A stretch of 64,000 bases of DNA, from positions 544,001 through 608,000 of the forward strand of contig CAVYGB010000008.1 of NCBI GenBank assembly GCA_963767925.1, written 5' to 3'. The notes under the pieces are model-generated. The model saw only the letters and a program-made list of their open reading frames with translations, did not search any database and was not told the DNA's origin. Position numbers and translations under genes: made by a program. This document shows positions 8,989 through 18,315 of this stretch, one piece after another; within the stretch, counting starts at the first letter, position 1; each line of letters starts with the position of its first letter. The DNA is from an uncultured delta proteobacterium. Its GTDB lineage: Bacteria > Myxococcota_A > Polyangia > Fen-1088.

Positions 8989-10046
8989 GGCGCCGTCTCC
9001 AGGTCCTCGTCCCGCAGGGGGGTCCCCTCGCGCACCGGGCGACCGAGCTTGCGGCCGAGGTAGCGATCGAGGCGCGAGGGGGGCACACCCGAGCCGGGTC
9101 GCAGGGCCTGCAGATCCTCCGCCCGCACCGTCTCTCCCTTGGCCAGCGAGCGGCGCCAGTGCAGGCTCTTGCGTGCCACCCGGGCGATCGCCCGCTCGGT
9201 CTCGGTGGGCGCCTTGACGCCGGAGCCCAGCGCCGCCTCCACCGCCCGCAGCCCCGAGACCATGGCCGCGAAGTCGCGCGGCTCGAGCGAGGCGCGGTGG
9301 TCGGGGCCGGGCAGGGCCCGGTCCAGGGTGAGGTGTTTCTCCAGCAGCTCGGCCCCCAGGGCCACCGCCGCCAGCGCGACCTCGATGCCGAGGGTGTGGT
9401 CGGACCAGCCCACCGGCACCGAGAAGGCGCCGCGCAGGGTGGCCATCGCCCGCAGGTTGGCCTCCCCGGGCGCGGCGGGGTAGTTGGAGACGCAGTGGAA
9501 CAGGGCCACCGGCGCGGGCCCCGCCCGGCGGATGACCTCCACCGCAGCCGCCACCTCGGTCAGGTCGCACATGCCGGTCGAGACCAGCATGGGCCGCCCC
9601 CGGCGGGCCACGTGGGCCAGCAGGCCGTGGTTCGTCACCTCGCCCGAGGCGATCTTGAAGGCGGGCACGCCGAGCTCGGCCAGGAAGTCGGCCGAGCCCT
9701 CGTCGAAGGGACTCGAGAGGAACAGCAGCCCCTGCCGGCGGGCCCGGGCGGCCAGCTCCTGGTACAGCGCCGGCGGGAGGACCAGCGCCTCCAGCATCTG
9801 CCGCTGCGACCGGCCGGCGCCGTCGTTGGCCAGCTGGTAGGCCGCCTTGGGGGCGTCGGCCGCGGCCAGCTTGTCGGGATCGAAGGTCTGGAACTTCACC
9901 GCGTCGGCTCCGCTGGCGGCGGCGGCATCGACGAGCCGGCGGGCCAGCTCGGGCTCGCCGTTGTGGTTGACCCCCGCCTCGGCGATGACGAAACATCGTT
10001 GCCCCGGGCCCAGCAGCCGACCGTCGATCGACAGGGGGGCTCTCAC
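8985..10046 (-). CDS. neuB: Nonulosonic acid synthase (NeuB/LegI) with C-terminal SAF domain
   Basis: IAEAGVNHNG, ADAVKFQTF, FKIASGE, HCVSNYP, GWSDHT, EKHLTLD, GPDHRAS; GTG at 10046. Confidence 0.9.
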   Translation of the reverse strand: MRAPLSIDGRLLGPGQRCFVIAEAGVNHNGEPELARRLVDAAAASGADAVKFQTFDPDKLAAADAPKAAYQLANDGAGRSQRQMLEALVLPPALYQELAARARRQGLLFLSSPFDEGSADFLAELGVPAFKIASGEVTNHGLLAHVARRGRPMLVSTGMCDLTEVAAAVEVIRRAGPAPVALFHCVSNYPAAPGEANLRAMATLRGAFSVPVGWSDHTLGIEVALAAVALGAELLEKHLTLDRALPGPDHRASLEPRDFAAMVSGLRAVEAALGSGVKAPTETERAIARVARKSLHWRRSLAKGETVRAEDLQALRPGSGVPPSRLDRYLGRKLGRPVREGTPLRDEDLETAP

Positions 10047-10789
10047 CGCGCCTCCGGTCGGTGGGCGGGGACCCAGGGCAATCGCCACAGGCCGGCCTCC
10101 AGCAGGGCCCGGGCGGTCTCGAACTCGTGCAGATCGTCGATCGACAGGGCCCGCGAATCGGGCACGTCGAGGGGCAGGTGCCGGCCGGCGGTCCAGTCGG
10201 GCCCGCTCCGCCGGACGAAGTCGGCCCGCCACAGATAGAGCAGGCCGTTGATGCGCAAGAAGCGGGGGGCGTCCTGGCGCCGCAGCAGGGGGGCCGGCCG
10301 GGGCAGGGCGGGCTGGAGAAACCCCTCCCGCACGACAACCCCGACGTAGAAGGGGTTGAAGTGGGGCTCGGAGCAGGCCACCACCCCGTCGGCGTCGGAC
10401 TGCTGCTCGAGCAGGGTCACCGCCCGATCGATGTCCTCGGGCAGGCGGCCCGGGCTGGTCGGCTCCAGCAGCAACAGGCTCTCGAAGCGGCGGCCCTCGG
10501 CCTTCTCCATCCAGGCCAGGGCGTGCTGCAACACCGGCATGGTGGGGGAGTCGTCGCGGGCCAGCTCGGCCGGCCGCAAGAAGGGCACCTCGGCGCCCTG
10601 CTCCCGGGCCACCGCGGCGATCTCCTCGGAGTCGGTCGACACGACGACGCGCCCACCCCGGGTCCGGGCGCAGCGGATGGCGTGGCCGATCAGCGGCAGC
10701 CCACCGAGCGGGCGGAGGTTCTTGCCCGGCAGCCCCTTGGAGCCGCCCCGGGCGGGGATCACCGTGAGGATGGGATCAACCGCGGGCAT
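10043..10789 (-). CDS. neuA: CMP-nonulosonate synthetase / acylneuraminate cytidylyltransferase (NeuA/LegF)
   Basis: IPARGGSKGLPGKN, VSTDSEEIA, FLRPAELARD, PTSPGR, SIDD motifs. Confidence 0.9.
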   Translation of the reverse strand: MPAVDPILTVIPARGGSKGLPGKNLRPLGGLPLIGHAIRCARTRGGRVVVSTDSEEIAAVAREQGAEVPFLRPAELARDDSPTMPVLQHALAWMEKAEGRRFESLLLLEPTSPGRLPEDIDRAVTLLEQQSDADGVVACSEPHFNPFYVGVVVREGFLQPALPRPAPLLRRQDAPRFLRINGLLYLWRADFVRRSGPDWTAGRHLPLDVPDSRALSIDDLHEFETARALLEAGLWRLPWVPAHRPEAR

Positions 10790-10895
10790 GTCGGCGCCTC
10801 GGGCGGGCCCCGGCCGGAGGCCCGTCGGGGCCGTGACACGCGTTCGTCATCAACCTGACGTGAACCACGCCGCTTCCCATCGGGGCCCTCGCCAT

Positions 10896-10911
10896 TGCAG
10901 GTTGAGGGCCA
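10896..10911 (-). promoter_or_regulatory. Putative sigma54 (-24/-12) promoter of the neuA...legC operon
   Basis: Minus strand TGGCCCTCAACCTGCA (GG-N10-GC) in the intergenic gap about 105 nt upstream of neuA. Confidence 0.55.
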
Positions 10912-10929
10912 GCCCCGGCCGCCGGCATG

Positions 10930-12192
10930 TCAGGGCGCCGGCGAGGCGGCCACGGCCGCGGGCGCGGGTGCGCCGCTCCGGACCTCGAGCAGGGCCGCCC
11001 GCAGCTCCTCGGTGTCGCCGTGTCGGGAGACGTAGTCCCGCTCCAGCTCGCTCAGCAGCCGGTCGCCGCCGGCCCGCTGGCAGATCAGCGCCACCCCCAG
11101 CAGGGCCTCCGGATCGCGGGGATTGAAGGTGAGCGCCCGCTCGGCGAAGGTCCAGGCGTCCTCGAGCCCGGTGGGCAGGGTGAGGGCCAGCCGGGACAGC
11201 CCCATCAGCGGACGCACGGTGGCGAGCTGGATGTCGGTCGTGTCGTCGGCCAGCTCGAGGCAGCGGGCGAAGGCGTCGGCCGCCTGCTTCGACAGCCCGG
11301 CCAGCTCGAACAGCTCCCCTTGCCGCAGGAAGAAGGCGGCCGAGGGGTAGAGGTGGGGCTGCCACTCGGCCAGCAGCGCCAGCGCCGCCACCGGATCGTC
11401 GGCGTGCACGGCGCTCGCGCACATGGCCAGCAGGGCGCCGCTCCAGCGCTCGCGGGCGATGCTCGCCGGCCCCGCCTGGCGGAGGGCGGCCAGGCAGTCG
11501 ACAGCCTCTTCGTGGCTGACCTCCGCCTCGCCCCAGAAGCGGGCCAGCTCCAGCAGCTTCAAGCGGCTGTAAAAGTCGTTGGGATCTTCGGCGAGGCACC
11601 GGCGCAGCAGGGCCAGGTCGCGCTCCTTCTTGTTGCGGGAGCGGGCCCGCTCCTGGCGGTAGCCCAGGTGCAGGACGGGCTCCCGCAGGTGGCGGAGCTG
11701 TCGCCCCTCTCGCTGCAGGAAGGCGGCCACGTCGGTCCCCACCTCCTCGTGGATGCGCCCGCGGAAGCGGATGGTGGGGTCGCGCCGGAACAGCCGCAGC
11801 AGCCCGGTCTGGGTGAAGTGGCCGTGGGGCAGCTCGTTGCGCATCTGGATGGTGGCCGCGCCCAGCTCGGGGTCGGCCAGCGCCGCCTTCACCTCGGCCA
11901 CCACGGCGGGGCTCGCCATCTCGTCGACGTCGAGGACCAGCACGAAGTCGCCCCGCGCCTCCTGCAGGCCGGCGTTGCGCGCCTCGGAGAAGTCGTCGGT
12001 CCAGGGCCGGCGGAACACCCGGGCCCCCGCCGCCTCCAGCACGGCCACCGTCTTGTCCTGCGAGCCGGTGTCGACGACACACAGGTCGTCCCACAGGCCC
12101 TTGACCCGCTCGAGGAACTCGGGCAGCAGGTCGGCCTCGTCGCGGGTGATCAAACAGAGGGACAGGGTCGGGGCGCTGGGACTTTCGCTCAT
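10930..12192 (-). CDS. GT2 glycosyltransferase with C-terminal TPR-like helical region
   Basis: LSLCLITRDE, VDTGSQD, WTDDFSEARN, LDVDE, RLFRR..IRFRGRIHE, HLGY, then TPR-like helices; ATG at 12192. Confidence 0.85.
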   Translation of the reverse strand: MSESPSAPTLSLCLITRDEADLLPEFLERVKGLWDDLCVVDTGSQDKTVAVLEAAGARVFRRPWTDDFSEARNAGLQEARGDFVLVLDVDEMASPAVVAEVKAALADPELGAATIQMRNELPHGHFTQTGLLRLFRRDPTIRFRGRIHEEVGTDVAAFLQREGRQLRHLREPVLHLGYRQERARSRNKKERDLALLRRCLAEDPNDFYSRLKLLELARFWGEAEVSHEEAVDCLAALRQAGPASIARERWSGALLAMCASAVHADDPVAALALLAEWQPHLYPSAAFFLRQGELFELAGLSKQAADAFARCLELADDTTDIQLATVRPLMGLSRLALTLPTGLEDAWTFAERALTFNPRDPEALLGVALICQRAGGDRLLSELERDYVSRHGDTEELRAALLEVRSGAPAPAAVAASPAP

Positions 12193-14312
12193 GGTGACAC
12201 CTCGTTGCGGTCGGGCGCGCTGGCCGCGGCCAGCTCGGGCAGCTTGTTCTCGATGCCGCGGGCGAGCTCGCCCACGGTCCCCTCGATGGCCTGGTACAGG
12301 GCCTGCTCGGCCTCGGCCACCTCGGCCAGGGTCGACCACTTGCCGATCTGCTTGCGGGTGATGGCCCGGGTCGCCCGCTGCACCAGCATCGAGATCAACA
12401 GGCGCGAGCGGGACTGGGCGGCGAGCTGGCGCCGGGTGCGGGCCAGCAGCTTCTCGCGCCGCCGGCTCTGCCGGGCGTCGCCGCCCCCCTCGACCCGCTG
12501 GGCGGCCTGGCGGGCCAGGGCCACGGTGGCGGCCAGGTCGGCCACCAGCTCGCGCAGCCCGCCGAGCAGGCGCTCGCGCCGGGCGGAAAAGTCGATGCCG
12601 GCCAGGCGGCGGCCCAGCAGGGCGTCGACCTCGAACGGCTCCCGCCCCTGCGAGGTGCAGCGGGCCAGCGCCTCGCCGAGCGGCAGGTGCTCCATCCCCT
12701 CGAGGAAGGCGCCCCCCTCGGTCGCGTTCTGGAACACGGCCGGCGGGGACAGCTTGCGCACCACCTCGCGCAGCAGGTCCATCTCGTAGAGGAACAGGCT
12801 CGTGGTGGTGACCGGCTTGCCGAAGAACCCGGGCACGCTGCTCAGCTCGTAGACCTGCGCCGCCAGCAGGGCCTTGACCTCCTCGGCGTTGCCCCCGTTT
12901 TCGGCCAGGCGGAGCTTGCTGCTGTAAGAGGCGAAGCTGATCTTGGAGCCGTCGGCGGTCAGCTCGACCGCCTGGCCCCCGTCGGCGCTGCCGTCGGCGT
13001 AGTAGCGCTGGCCGTCGAGGGCCAGATCGCGGCCGATCGAGACGATGGGGGAGCAGCCCAGCCAGGCGGCCAGCTTGAGGGCGGCGGTAGCCACCGTGCC
13101 GCCGCTGCCGGCCGAGGCGTCCTCTCCGCACAGCTCGTAGATCCAGCTCTCCGACAGGGGCGAGGCGGCGAAGCTGAGGACGCGGCGGGCGGGCAGGGAG
13201 AACAGGCTGGGATCGACGCTGGCCCCCAGCACGAGGGTGCCGAGCTCGCCCGGCGCCACCCCCTCGAAGTGGTAGGTCACCTTCATCGGATCCACCACCA
13301 CGACCAGGTCGGCGCGTATGCCGGCCTTGCGCAGGGCGCGCACGGTCTGGTTGATGGCGATGATCACCACCTGCCCCTCGCGGCCCCGAAGCTGGTCGAT
13401 GTTGCGGTCGAGCGAGGGACCGGCCGACACGACAACCGCCGGCAGCCCGGCCAGCGCCCCGCGCAGGGGGGCGATGGAGGCCTGCTCGGCGATGTGCACG
13501 AGGTTGCGCACGGAGGTCTGGGCAAAGAAGGGGACCGCCTCCTCGAGCTCGTTGCTCGCCTCCGTGACGGTCTGCAAGGTGCGCCGCAGCCGGCTCACGA
13601 TCTCCCCGACCCCGTCGACGGGGAACCCGCCCACCGCGATGGTGCGGGCCTGTGAGGGGTGGGGGAAGGGGATCAACATGACGGCGGCGTCGAGGATCTC
13701 GGGCGTGTGGTAATTGCCCACCGCGGGCGGGTCGGCCCCCTCGGCCACCGAGGTCTGGGGCCGGGTCGGGTCGAGCGAGAAGATCCGACGCTGCCCGCGC
13801 TCGCGCAGGCGGGCGATCAGCTCTCGCGAGCCGGGCCCCACCAGCACCAGCAGATCGATCTCCCGGTCCCAGGTCCCCGCCAGGAGCTGGTCGAGGCCGG
13901 CTTCGGTGGCTCGCCCCCGGGCCAGCAGCCAGGCGTCCAGCGACTCGGCGCCGCTCCGGTCGAGGGCCGCGCGCAGCTCCGCGTCGGCGGCGCCGGCGGC
14001 GGCGGTGACCGCCCGCAGCTCCGCCACCAGGCCGGGGGCCAGCGTGGGAGCCGCCTGCCGGAGCTGGCGGTTGAGGGCGGGCAGCTCGGTTTGCAGGACG
14101 GTGAGCTGCTGCTGCAGCGTCCCCACCTCGGCCGCCCGGCTGTCGGCGACGGCGGCGGCCAGGCTGCGGGTGAGCGCGGCCCGGGCCTGGAGCCGCTGCT
14201 TCAGAGGGGCGAAAACGGCGACGACGCCCGCGGCGGCGCCGGGGGGGCCAGGCGGGGCGGGGGTGACCGCAGGCGACGTCCCGACCGTGTCACGTCTTTG
14301 GCTGGTAGGCAT
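12189..14312 (-). CDS. maf: Motility-associated factor (Maf, DUF115/MAF_flag10), probable flagellin nonulosonate transferase
   Basis: VVVSAGPSLDRNI, GIRADLVVVVDP, GGTVATAA..LGCSPIVSIGRDLA, NATEGGA motifs; ATG at 14312. Confidence 0.85.
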   Translation of the reverse strand: MPTSQRRDTVGTSPAVTPAPPGPPGAAAGVVAVFAPLKQRLQARAALTRSLAAAVADSRAAEVGTLQQQLTVLQTELPALNRQLRQAAPTLAPGLVAELRAVTAAAGAADAELRAALDRSGAESLDAWLLARGRATEAGLDQLLAGTWDREIDLLVLVGPGSRELIARLRERGQRRIFSLDPTRPQTSVAEGADPPAVGNYHTPEILDAAVMLIPFPHPSQARTIAVGGFPVDGVGEIVSRLRRTLQTVTEASNELEEAVPFFAQTSVRNLVHIAEQASIAPLRGALAGLPAVVVSAGPSLDRNIDQLRGREGQVVIIAINQTVRALRKAGIRADLVVVVDPMKVTYHFEGVAPGELGTLVLGASVDPSLFSLPARRVLSFAASPLSESWIYELCGEDASAGSGGTVATAALKLAAWLGCSPIVSIGRDLALDGQRYYADGSADGGQAVELTADGSKISFASYSSKLRLAENGGNAEEVKALLAAQVYELSSVPGFFGKPVTTTSLFLYEMDLLREVVRKLSPPAVFQNATEGGAFLEGMEHLPLGEALARCTSQGREPFEVDALLGRRLAGIDFSARRERLLGGLRELVADLAATVALARQAAQRVEGGGDARQSRRREKLLARTRRQLAAQSRSRLLISMLVQRATRAITRKQIGKWSTLAEVAEAEQALYQAIEGTVGELARGIENKLPELAAASAPDRNEVSP

Positions 14313-14580
14313 GCGAAGCTCTTCGCATCGTGGCCGACTGCAAGAGCGACGCCACCAGCTCGGCCCACTTGCCCTCCGCCACCTGCTGGCAGCGGACGTA
14401 GAGCGCCTGCGCCCGCTCCAGCTCGCCGCCCTCGAGCGGACGCAGCGATCCCCCCGGCGCCGCCCAGGTCCGCGCCAGGCCGTCGAGGATCTCGGCCGCC
14501 GCATCGAGGCGCCCGGCCTCGAGGGCCTCGATCGCCGTGGCGAGGCCGGCCAGCAGGCCGCTCGCCGGCGCCGCGCTCAT
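14290..14580 (-). CDS. Small helical protein, FliT-like by position
   Basis: 96-aa helical ORF (MSAAPASG...RASHAYQPKT) coupled to fliS; ends in an 'AY' motif as FliT/FlgN-type chaperones do. Confidence 0.55.
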   Translation of the reverse strand: MSAAPASGLLAGLATAIEALEAGRLDAAAEILDGLARTWAAPGGSLRPLEGGELERAQALYVRCQQVAEGKWAELVASLLQSATMRRASHAYQPKT

Positions 14581-14972
14581 CGCGCGGCAGCTTCGGCCGC
14601 GCCGCTCTCGATCTTCTGCACCGCCTCGGCGAACCCCAGCACGAGCGGCTCGAAGGCCCGCTCGGCCTCCCGGGCCAGCCGGGGGTCCCGGTCGGTCTGG
14701 GCGCGCAGCAGGCGATCGAGCACGAACTGGTAGACGTCGCTGAGCTTCTGGCAGAGATCGGGGGCCCGGCTGTGATCGAGGGTGGCGAGCAGCTCGGCGA
14801 CGATCTCGCTGGCGTGCTCGAGCGAGGCGGTGGCCTCCTGGGCGCGGCGGTTCTCCAGGCTGGACGCGGCGTTGCGCACGTCGCGCAGGGCGGCCTGGAA
14901 CAGCAGCACCATGAGGCGCTCCTTGGAGGCGGTCTCGGACTGGGTACGGGCGTACGCGCGGGCGCCGGTCAT
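14577..14972 (-). CDS. fliS: Flagellin export chaperone FliS
   Basis: AYARTQSETASKERLMVLLF, EL.ATLD, LSDVYQF motifs; downstream of fliD. Confidence 0.9.
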   Translation of the reverse strand: MTGARAYARTQSETASKERLMVLLFQAALRDVRNAASSLENRRAQEATASLEHASEIVAELLATLDHSRAPDLCQKLSDVYQFVLDRLLRAQTDRDPRLAREAERAFEPLVLGFAEAVQKIESGAAEAAAR

Positions 14973-16324
14973 GTCTGTCCCCCACTGGCGGTTTGTTGGC
15001 TCAGGAACCTCCCGAGCGAGCTCATGCTGCTGACGATCTTCTCCATGGTCGTGAACTGGGCGATCAGGGATTGCCGGCGCCCTTCCAGGCGCAGCTCGAG
15101 CGAGGCGATCTGGCCGTCCATGTCGCGGACGGTGCTCTCGATCCCCTTGCGCTTGGTGATGAGGATGCCGTCGGCCGCGTTGCTGTAGTTGTCGATGGTG
15201 GTGCCGGTGACCTTGGCCAGGCCGGCGGTGGCGTCGGCGAACAGGGTGTTGACCGCCACCGGATCGCGGGTGAGGGCGTTCTTGAGGACGGTGCCGTCGA
15301 CCGACAGCGATCCATCCCGGGCGCTCTTGATGCCGATGTCGGCCAGGCTGCGGACGGTGCCGACGCCGACCTCCACGGTGATGAGGCCCTGCAGGCTGCG
15401 CTGCAGGCCCCGCAAGGTCGAGTCGCCGAGCAGGGTCGAGCTGCGGTCGCTGCTGGCGGTGGCCTGGAGCTGCTTCTGGATGACCCCGATGACGCTGTTG
15501 TAAGAATCGATGAACTTCGTGAGGTTGGTGGTGGTGCCGGCCTGGTCGTTGGAGACCACCAGCGACTCGGAGGTGGCGGTCAGCGCCTTGAGGTTCAAGG
15601 TGACGCCATCGATCACGTCGCCGATGGTGTTGCTGGTACGGGTGATGGGGAGATTGTCGACCGTGATGAGGGCGTTGACCGGCGGCTGCGACTCCGTGAA
15701 GGTGATGGTCTTGTTGGCGCCGCTGCCGGTGTAGTTCTCGACGATCGAGAGGGCGTCGCCAGCCACCCCCGTGAGGGGAAAGCCGGTGTCCCGGGCGGTC
15801 ACGGAGAGATAGTTGCTGGTGCCGTCGTTGATGACGGTGGCGCTCACCGGAGCCCCGCTGGCCCGGATGGCGGCTGCCACGTCGGTGAGGGCAGCGCCGT
15901 CGGTGATGGCGACGTTGTAGTTGCTGCCGCGCACCCCCAGGGTGAGGCTCCCGCCCCGCACCAGGTCGGTGCCGGTGAAGGCCGACGAGCGCTGCTGCGC
16001 CGCCGTCGCCAGAGTGTTGACGCGAACGTTGTAGGCCCCGGCGCTGGCCGACGTTCCGGAGGTCGCCGAGAAGCCAGTGTGGGTCCCCTCGATCTTCGTG
16101 GCGAGGGCCCCGCCGTTGCCGAGGCCCTGGGCCGAGCTCTTCAGGGAGGAGAGCTTGGCCAGCACGTCACCGAGCGTCGATACCTGCGTCCGCAGCCCGG
16201 TCTGCCGGGCTTTGAGCATCTCGACCGGACGCCCCTCGATCTTGATCAGCTGGTCGATGATGCTGTTGCTGTCGAGTCCCGAGGCGAGCCCGCCGGCTCG
16301 AAACGTTGCGTCCGTGATCGCCAT
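14969..16324 (-). CDS. fliD: Flagellar filament cap FliD
   Basis: GLASGLDSNSIIDQLI N-terminus, TSNTIGDVIDGVTLNL, C-terminal QFTTME; RBS upstream of ATG 16324. Confidence 0.92.
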   Translation of the reverse strand: MAITDATFRAGGLASGLDSNSIIDQLIKIEGRPVEMLKARQTGLRTQVSTLGDVLAKLSSLKSSAQGLGNGGALATKIEGTHTGFSATSGTSASAGAYNVRVNTLATAAQQRSSAFTGTDLVRGGSLTLGVRGSNYNVAITDGAALTDVAAAIRASGAPVSATVINDGTSNYLSVTARDTGFPLTGVAGDALSIVENYTGSGANKTITFTESQPPVNALITVDNLPITRTSNTIGDVIDGVTLNLKALTATSESLVVSNDQAGTTTNLTKFIDSYNSVIGVIQKQLQATASSDRSSTLLGDSTLRGLQRSLQGLITVEVGVGTVRSLADIGIKSARDGSLSVDGTVLKNALTRDPVAVNTLFADATAGLAKVTGTTIDNYSNAADGILITKRKGIESTVRDMDGQIASLELRLEGRRQSLIAQFTTMEKIVSSMSSLGRFLSQQTASGGQT

Positions 16325-16364
16325 GGCTGCGCCTTCCTCTCTCTCCGTATTTCCCCGAGTGAAA

Positions 16365-16396
16365 CGGCCGCCCCGGGTTTGGGCCCGGGGCGGCCG
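16365..16396 (-). terminator. Intrinsic terminator/attenuator between fliC and fliD
   Basis: Perfect 13-bp stem cggccgccccggg / cccggggcggccg with a 6-nt loop, followed by TTTC on the minus strand. Confidence 0.7.
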
Positions 16397-16458
16397 GATC
16401 AAGCGAGAATCAGTGTCGACTCTCCATGAAGGGGTCCGACAGAGAGACGATCGTCAGA

Positions 16459-17292
16459 TTACCCGAGCAGTTTGAGGGCCACCGACGGCATCTGGTTGGC
16501 CTGTGCCAAGACCGAGACACCGGCCTGCACCAGGACCTGCATGCGGGCCATGATGGAGGTCTCTTCCGCCACGTTGACGTCCCGGATACGGCTGTTGGCC
16601 GCGGCCAGGTTCTCGGCGGCCGTGCGGATGGTGTTGGACACCGTGTTGAAGCGGTTGCCGGCGGCGCCCAGGGTGGCGCGAGCCGCCGAGACGCGCTCGA
16701 TCGCGGTGTCGATGGTGGACAGCGCCGAGGCGGCGTTGGCCAGAGTGGACAGCGAAAGGCCGCTGACGCTGAGGGCGCCGGCGGTAGCGCTGACGGTGTT
16801 GACGCTGATGCGGTCGTTGGCCGACACGTTCCGGATGCCGACCTGGAAGGTCAGCGCCGTCACGTTGCCGTCCAGCAGCTTGGTGCCGTTGTACTCTGTC
16901 GAGTTGGCGATACGGTCGAGCTCCAGCGTGAGCTGGTCCACCTCGTTCTGGATGTAGGTGCGCTCGGTGTTGCCGACGCCGCTCGAGCTGGACTGCATGG
17001 CCAGCTCACGCAGACGGGTGAGGATGGTGGTGGACTCGTTGAGGCCACCTTCCGCCGTCTGGATCAGCGAGATCGCGTCGGAGGCGTTACGGGCCGCCTG
17101 GTTGTAGCTGCGGACCTGGGCGGTCAAGTTGCTGCTGATGCCGAGGCCGGCGGCGTCGTCGCCCGCCTTGGTGATGCGGAAGCCCGAAGAGAGCTTGGCG
17201 AGCGAGCTCTGCAGCTCGGTATCGGTGTGCATCAGGTTCTTCTGCGCATTCAGCGAGGCAACGTTGGTTCTAATCGACATCGAACTGGCCAT
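16459..17292 (-). CDS. fliC: Flagellin (minimal, 277 aa)
   Basis: IRTNVASLNAQ, LSSGFRI..AGDDAAGL, QTAEGGL, RLRELAMQ, RATLGA..NR, SRIRDV, LAQANQ; AAGGAG RBS. Confidence 0.97.
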   Translation of the reverse strand: MASSMSIRTNVASLNAQKNLMHTDTELQSSLAKLSSGFRITKAGDDAAGLGISSNLTAQVRSYNQAARNASDAISLIQTAEGGLNESTTILTRLRELAMQSSSSGVGNTERTYIQNEVDQLTLELDRIANSTEYNGTKLLDGNVTALTFQVGIRNVSANDRISVNTVSATAGALSVSGLSLSTLANAASALSTIDTAIERVSAARATLGAAGNRFNTVSNTIRTAAENLAAANSRIRDVNVAEETSIMARMQVLVQAGVSVLAQANQMPSVALKLLG

Positions 17293-17384
17293 GGCTCTTC
17301 TCCTTGGATGGCGGTGAGGCCGCCGGTGCTGAGTGGGCTTTCTTTCCGTCGGCCCTTCGGACCCCGTGTCCGACTTCGCCTAGT

Positions 17385-17411
17385 CTTTCGACACGGCCTC
17401 GGCGACCGTTA
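17385..17411 (-). promoter_or_regulatory. Putative sigma28 (FliA) promoter of fliC
   Basis: Minus strand TAAC-N15-GTCGAAAG versus consensus TAAA-N15-GCCGATAA. Confidence 0.7.
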
Positions 17412-17417
17412 AGTGCC

Positions 17418-18302
17418 TCACCGTAATCTGTTGAGGAGGGACAGATCGAAGCTGCGCGCCGCCGCGGCCAGGGTGGCCTCGAGGGCTTTTTCGGCCAGAG
17501 CCATGCGGCTGGCCGACTCGATGATGTCGGCGTCGGTGAGACGGGCCATCGCGGCCGTCTCGCTGTCGGCGCCTTCGCGGGTCACGGCGACCACGGTGTC
17601 GAGGTCGTTCATCGCCGCACCATTTTGGGCCAGGCCCACCGAGAGCTGGCTGATCCCTTGATCGAGGCCGCTCAGCGTGGCCCGCACCGCCTCGGGGTCG
17701 TTGGACTCGAGGGCGTCGGCCAGCGCATCGAGGGTCGCAAACAGGTCGGTGCCGCCGTCCACACCTTTGGTGATCCGATCCGCCCGCACCGACACCGGTT
17801 GCATCACCCCGGGCAAGATCTCCACTTGCCGGACGCCGTCGTCGCCGAGGTAGGCCCCGGTGGCATCGAAGGGGGGCGCCCCGTCCTCGGTCCCCCCGAA
17901 CAGGTAGCGGTTTCCCACCCGGGTGTTCATCAGGCCCACCGTCTGCTGAAACAGGGCCCTCACCTCGGTGGCCGCCCCCGCCCGCTGCCCGGCATCGTAG
18001 GTGTCGTTGGAGAGCTGCACCGCCAGGGCCCGGGCCCGGGAGAAGGCCTCCGACACCGAGAGCAGGGCTTGATCGGCCCCCACCACCTCGTCGCTGGCCC
18101 GTCCGGCCACCGTGCGGATGGCCTCCAGGCGTTCGCGAGCGAGCTGGTGGCCGACCACCAGGCCGGAGGCGGCGGCGTCGTCGCCGGGGTGCTCGATCCG
18201 GCGCCCGCTCGAGGTCTCGGCGATGGCGCGCTGGAGGGTGTCGCGGGCCACCTCGGTCCGGGACGCGGCCCGGTCGAACATCAACTTGTCTGTCACACGC
18301 AC
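17418..18302 (-). CDS. flgL: Hook-associated protein 3 FlgL
   Basis: MRVT.., SSGRRI..PGDD, NTRVGNRYLFGG, SLLNRLR C-terminus; follows flgK. Confidence 0.9.
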   Translation of the reverse strand: MRVTDKLMFDRAASRTEVARDTLQRAIAETSSGRRIEHPGDDAAASGLVVGHQLARERLEAIRTVAGRASDEVVGADQALLSVSEAFSRARALAVQLSNDTYDAGQRAGAATEVRALFQQTVGLMNTRVGNRYLFGGTEDGAPPFDATGAYLGDDGVRQVEILPGVMQPVSVRADRITKGVDGGTDLFATLDALADALESNDPEAVRATLSGLDQGISQLSVGLAQNGAAMNDLDTVVAVTREGADSETAAMARLTDADIIESASRMALAEKALEATLAAAARSFDLSLLNRLR

Positions 18303-18315
18303 GATGGCCTCCTCT

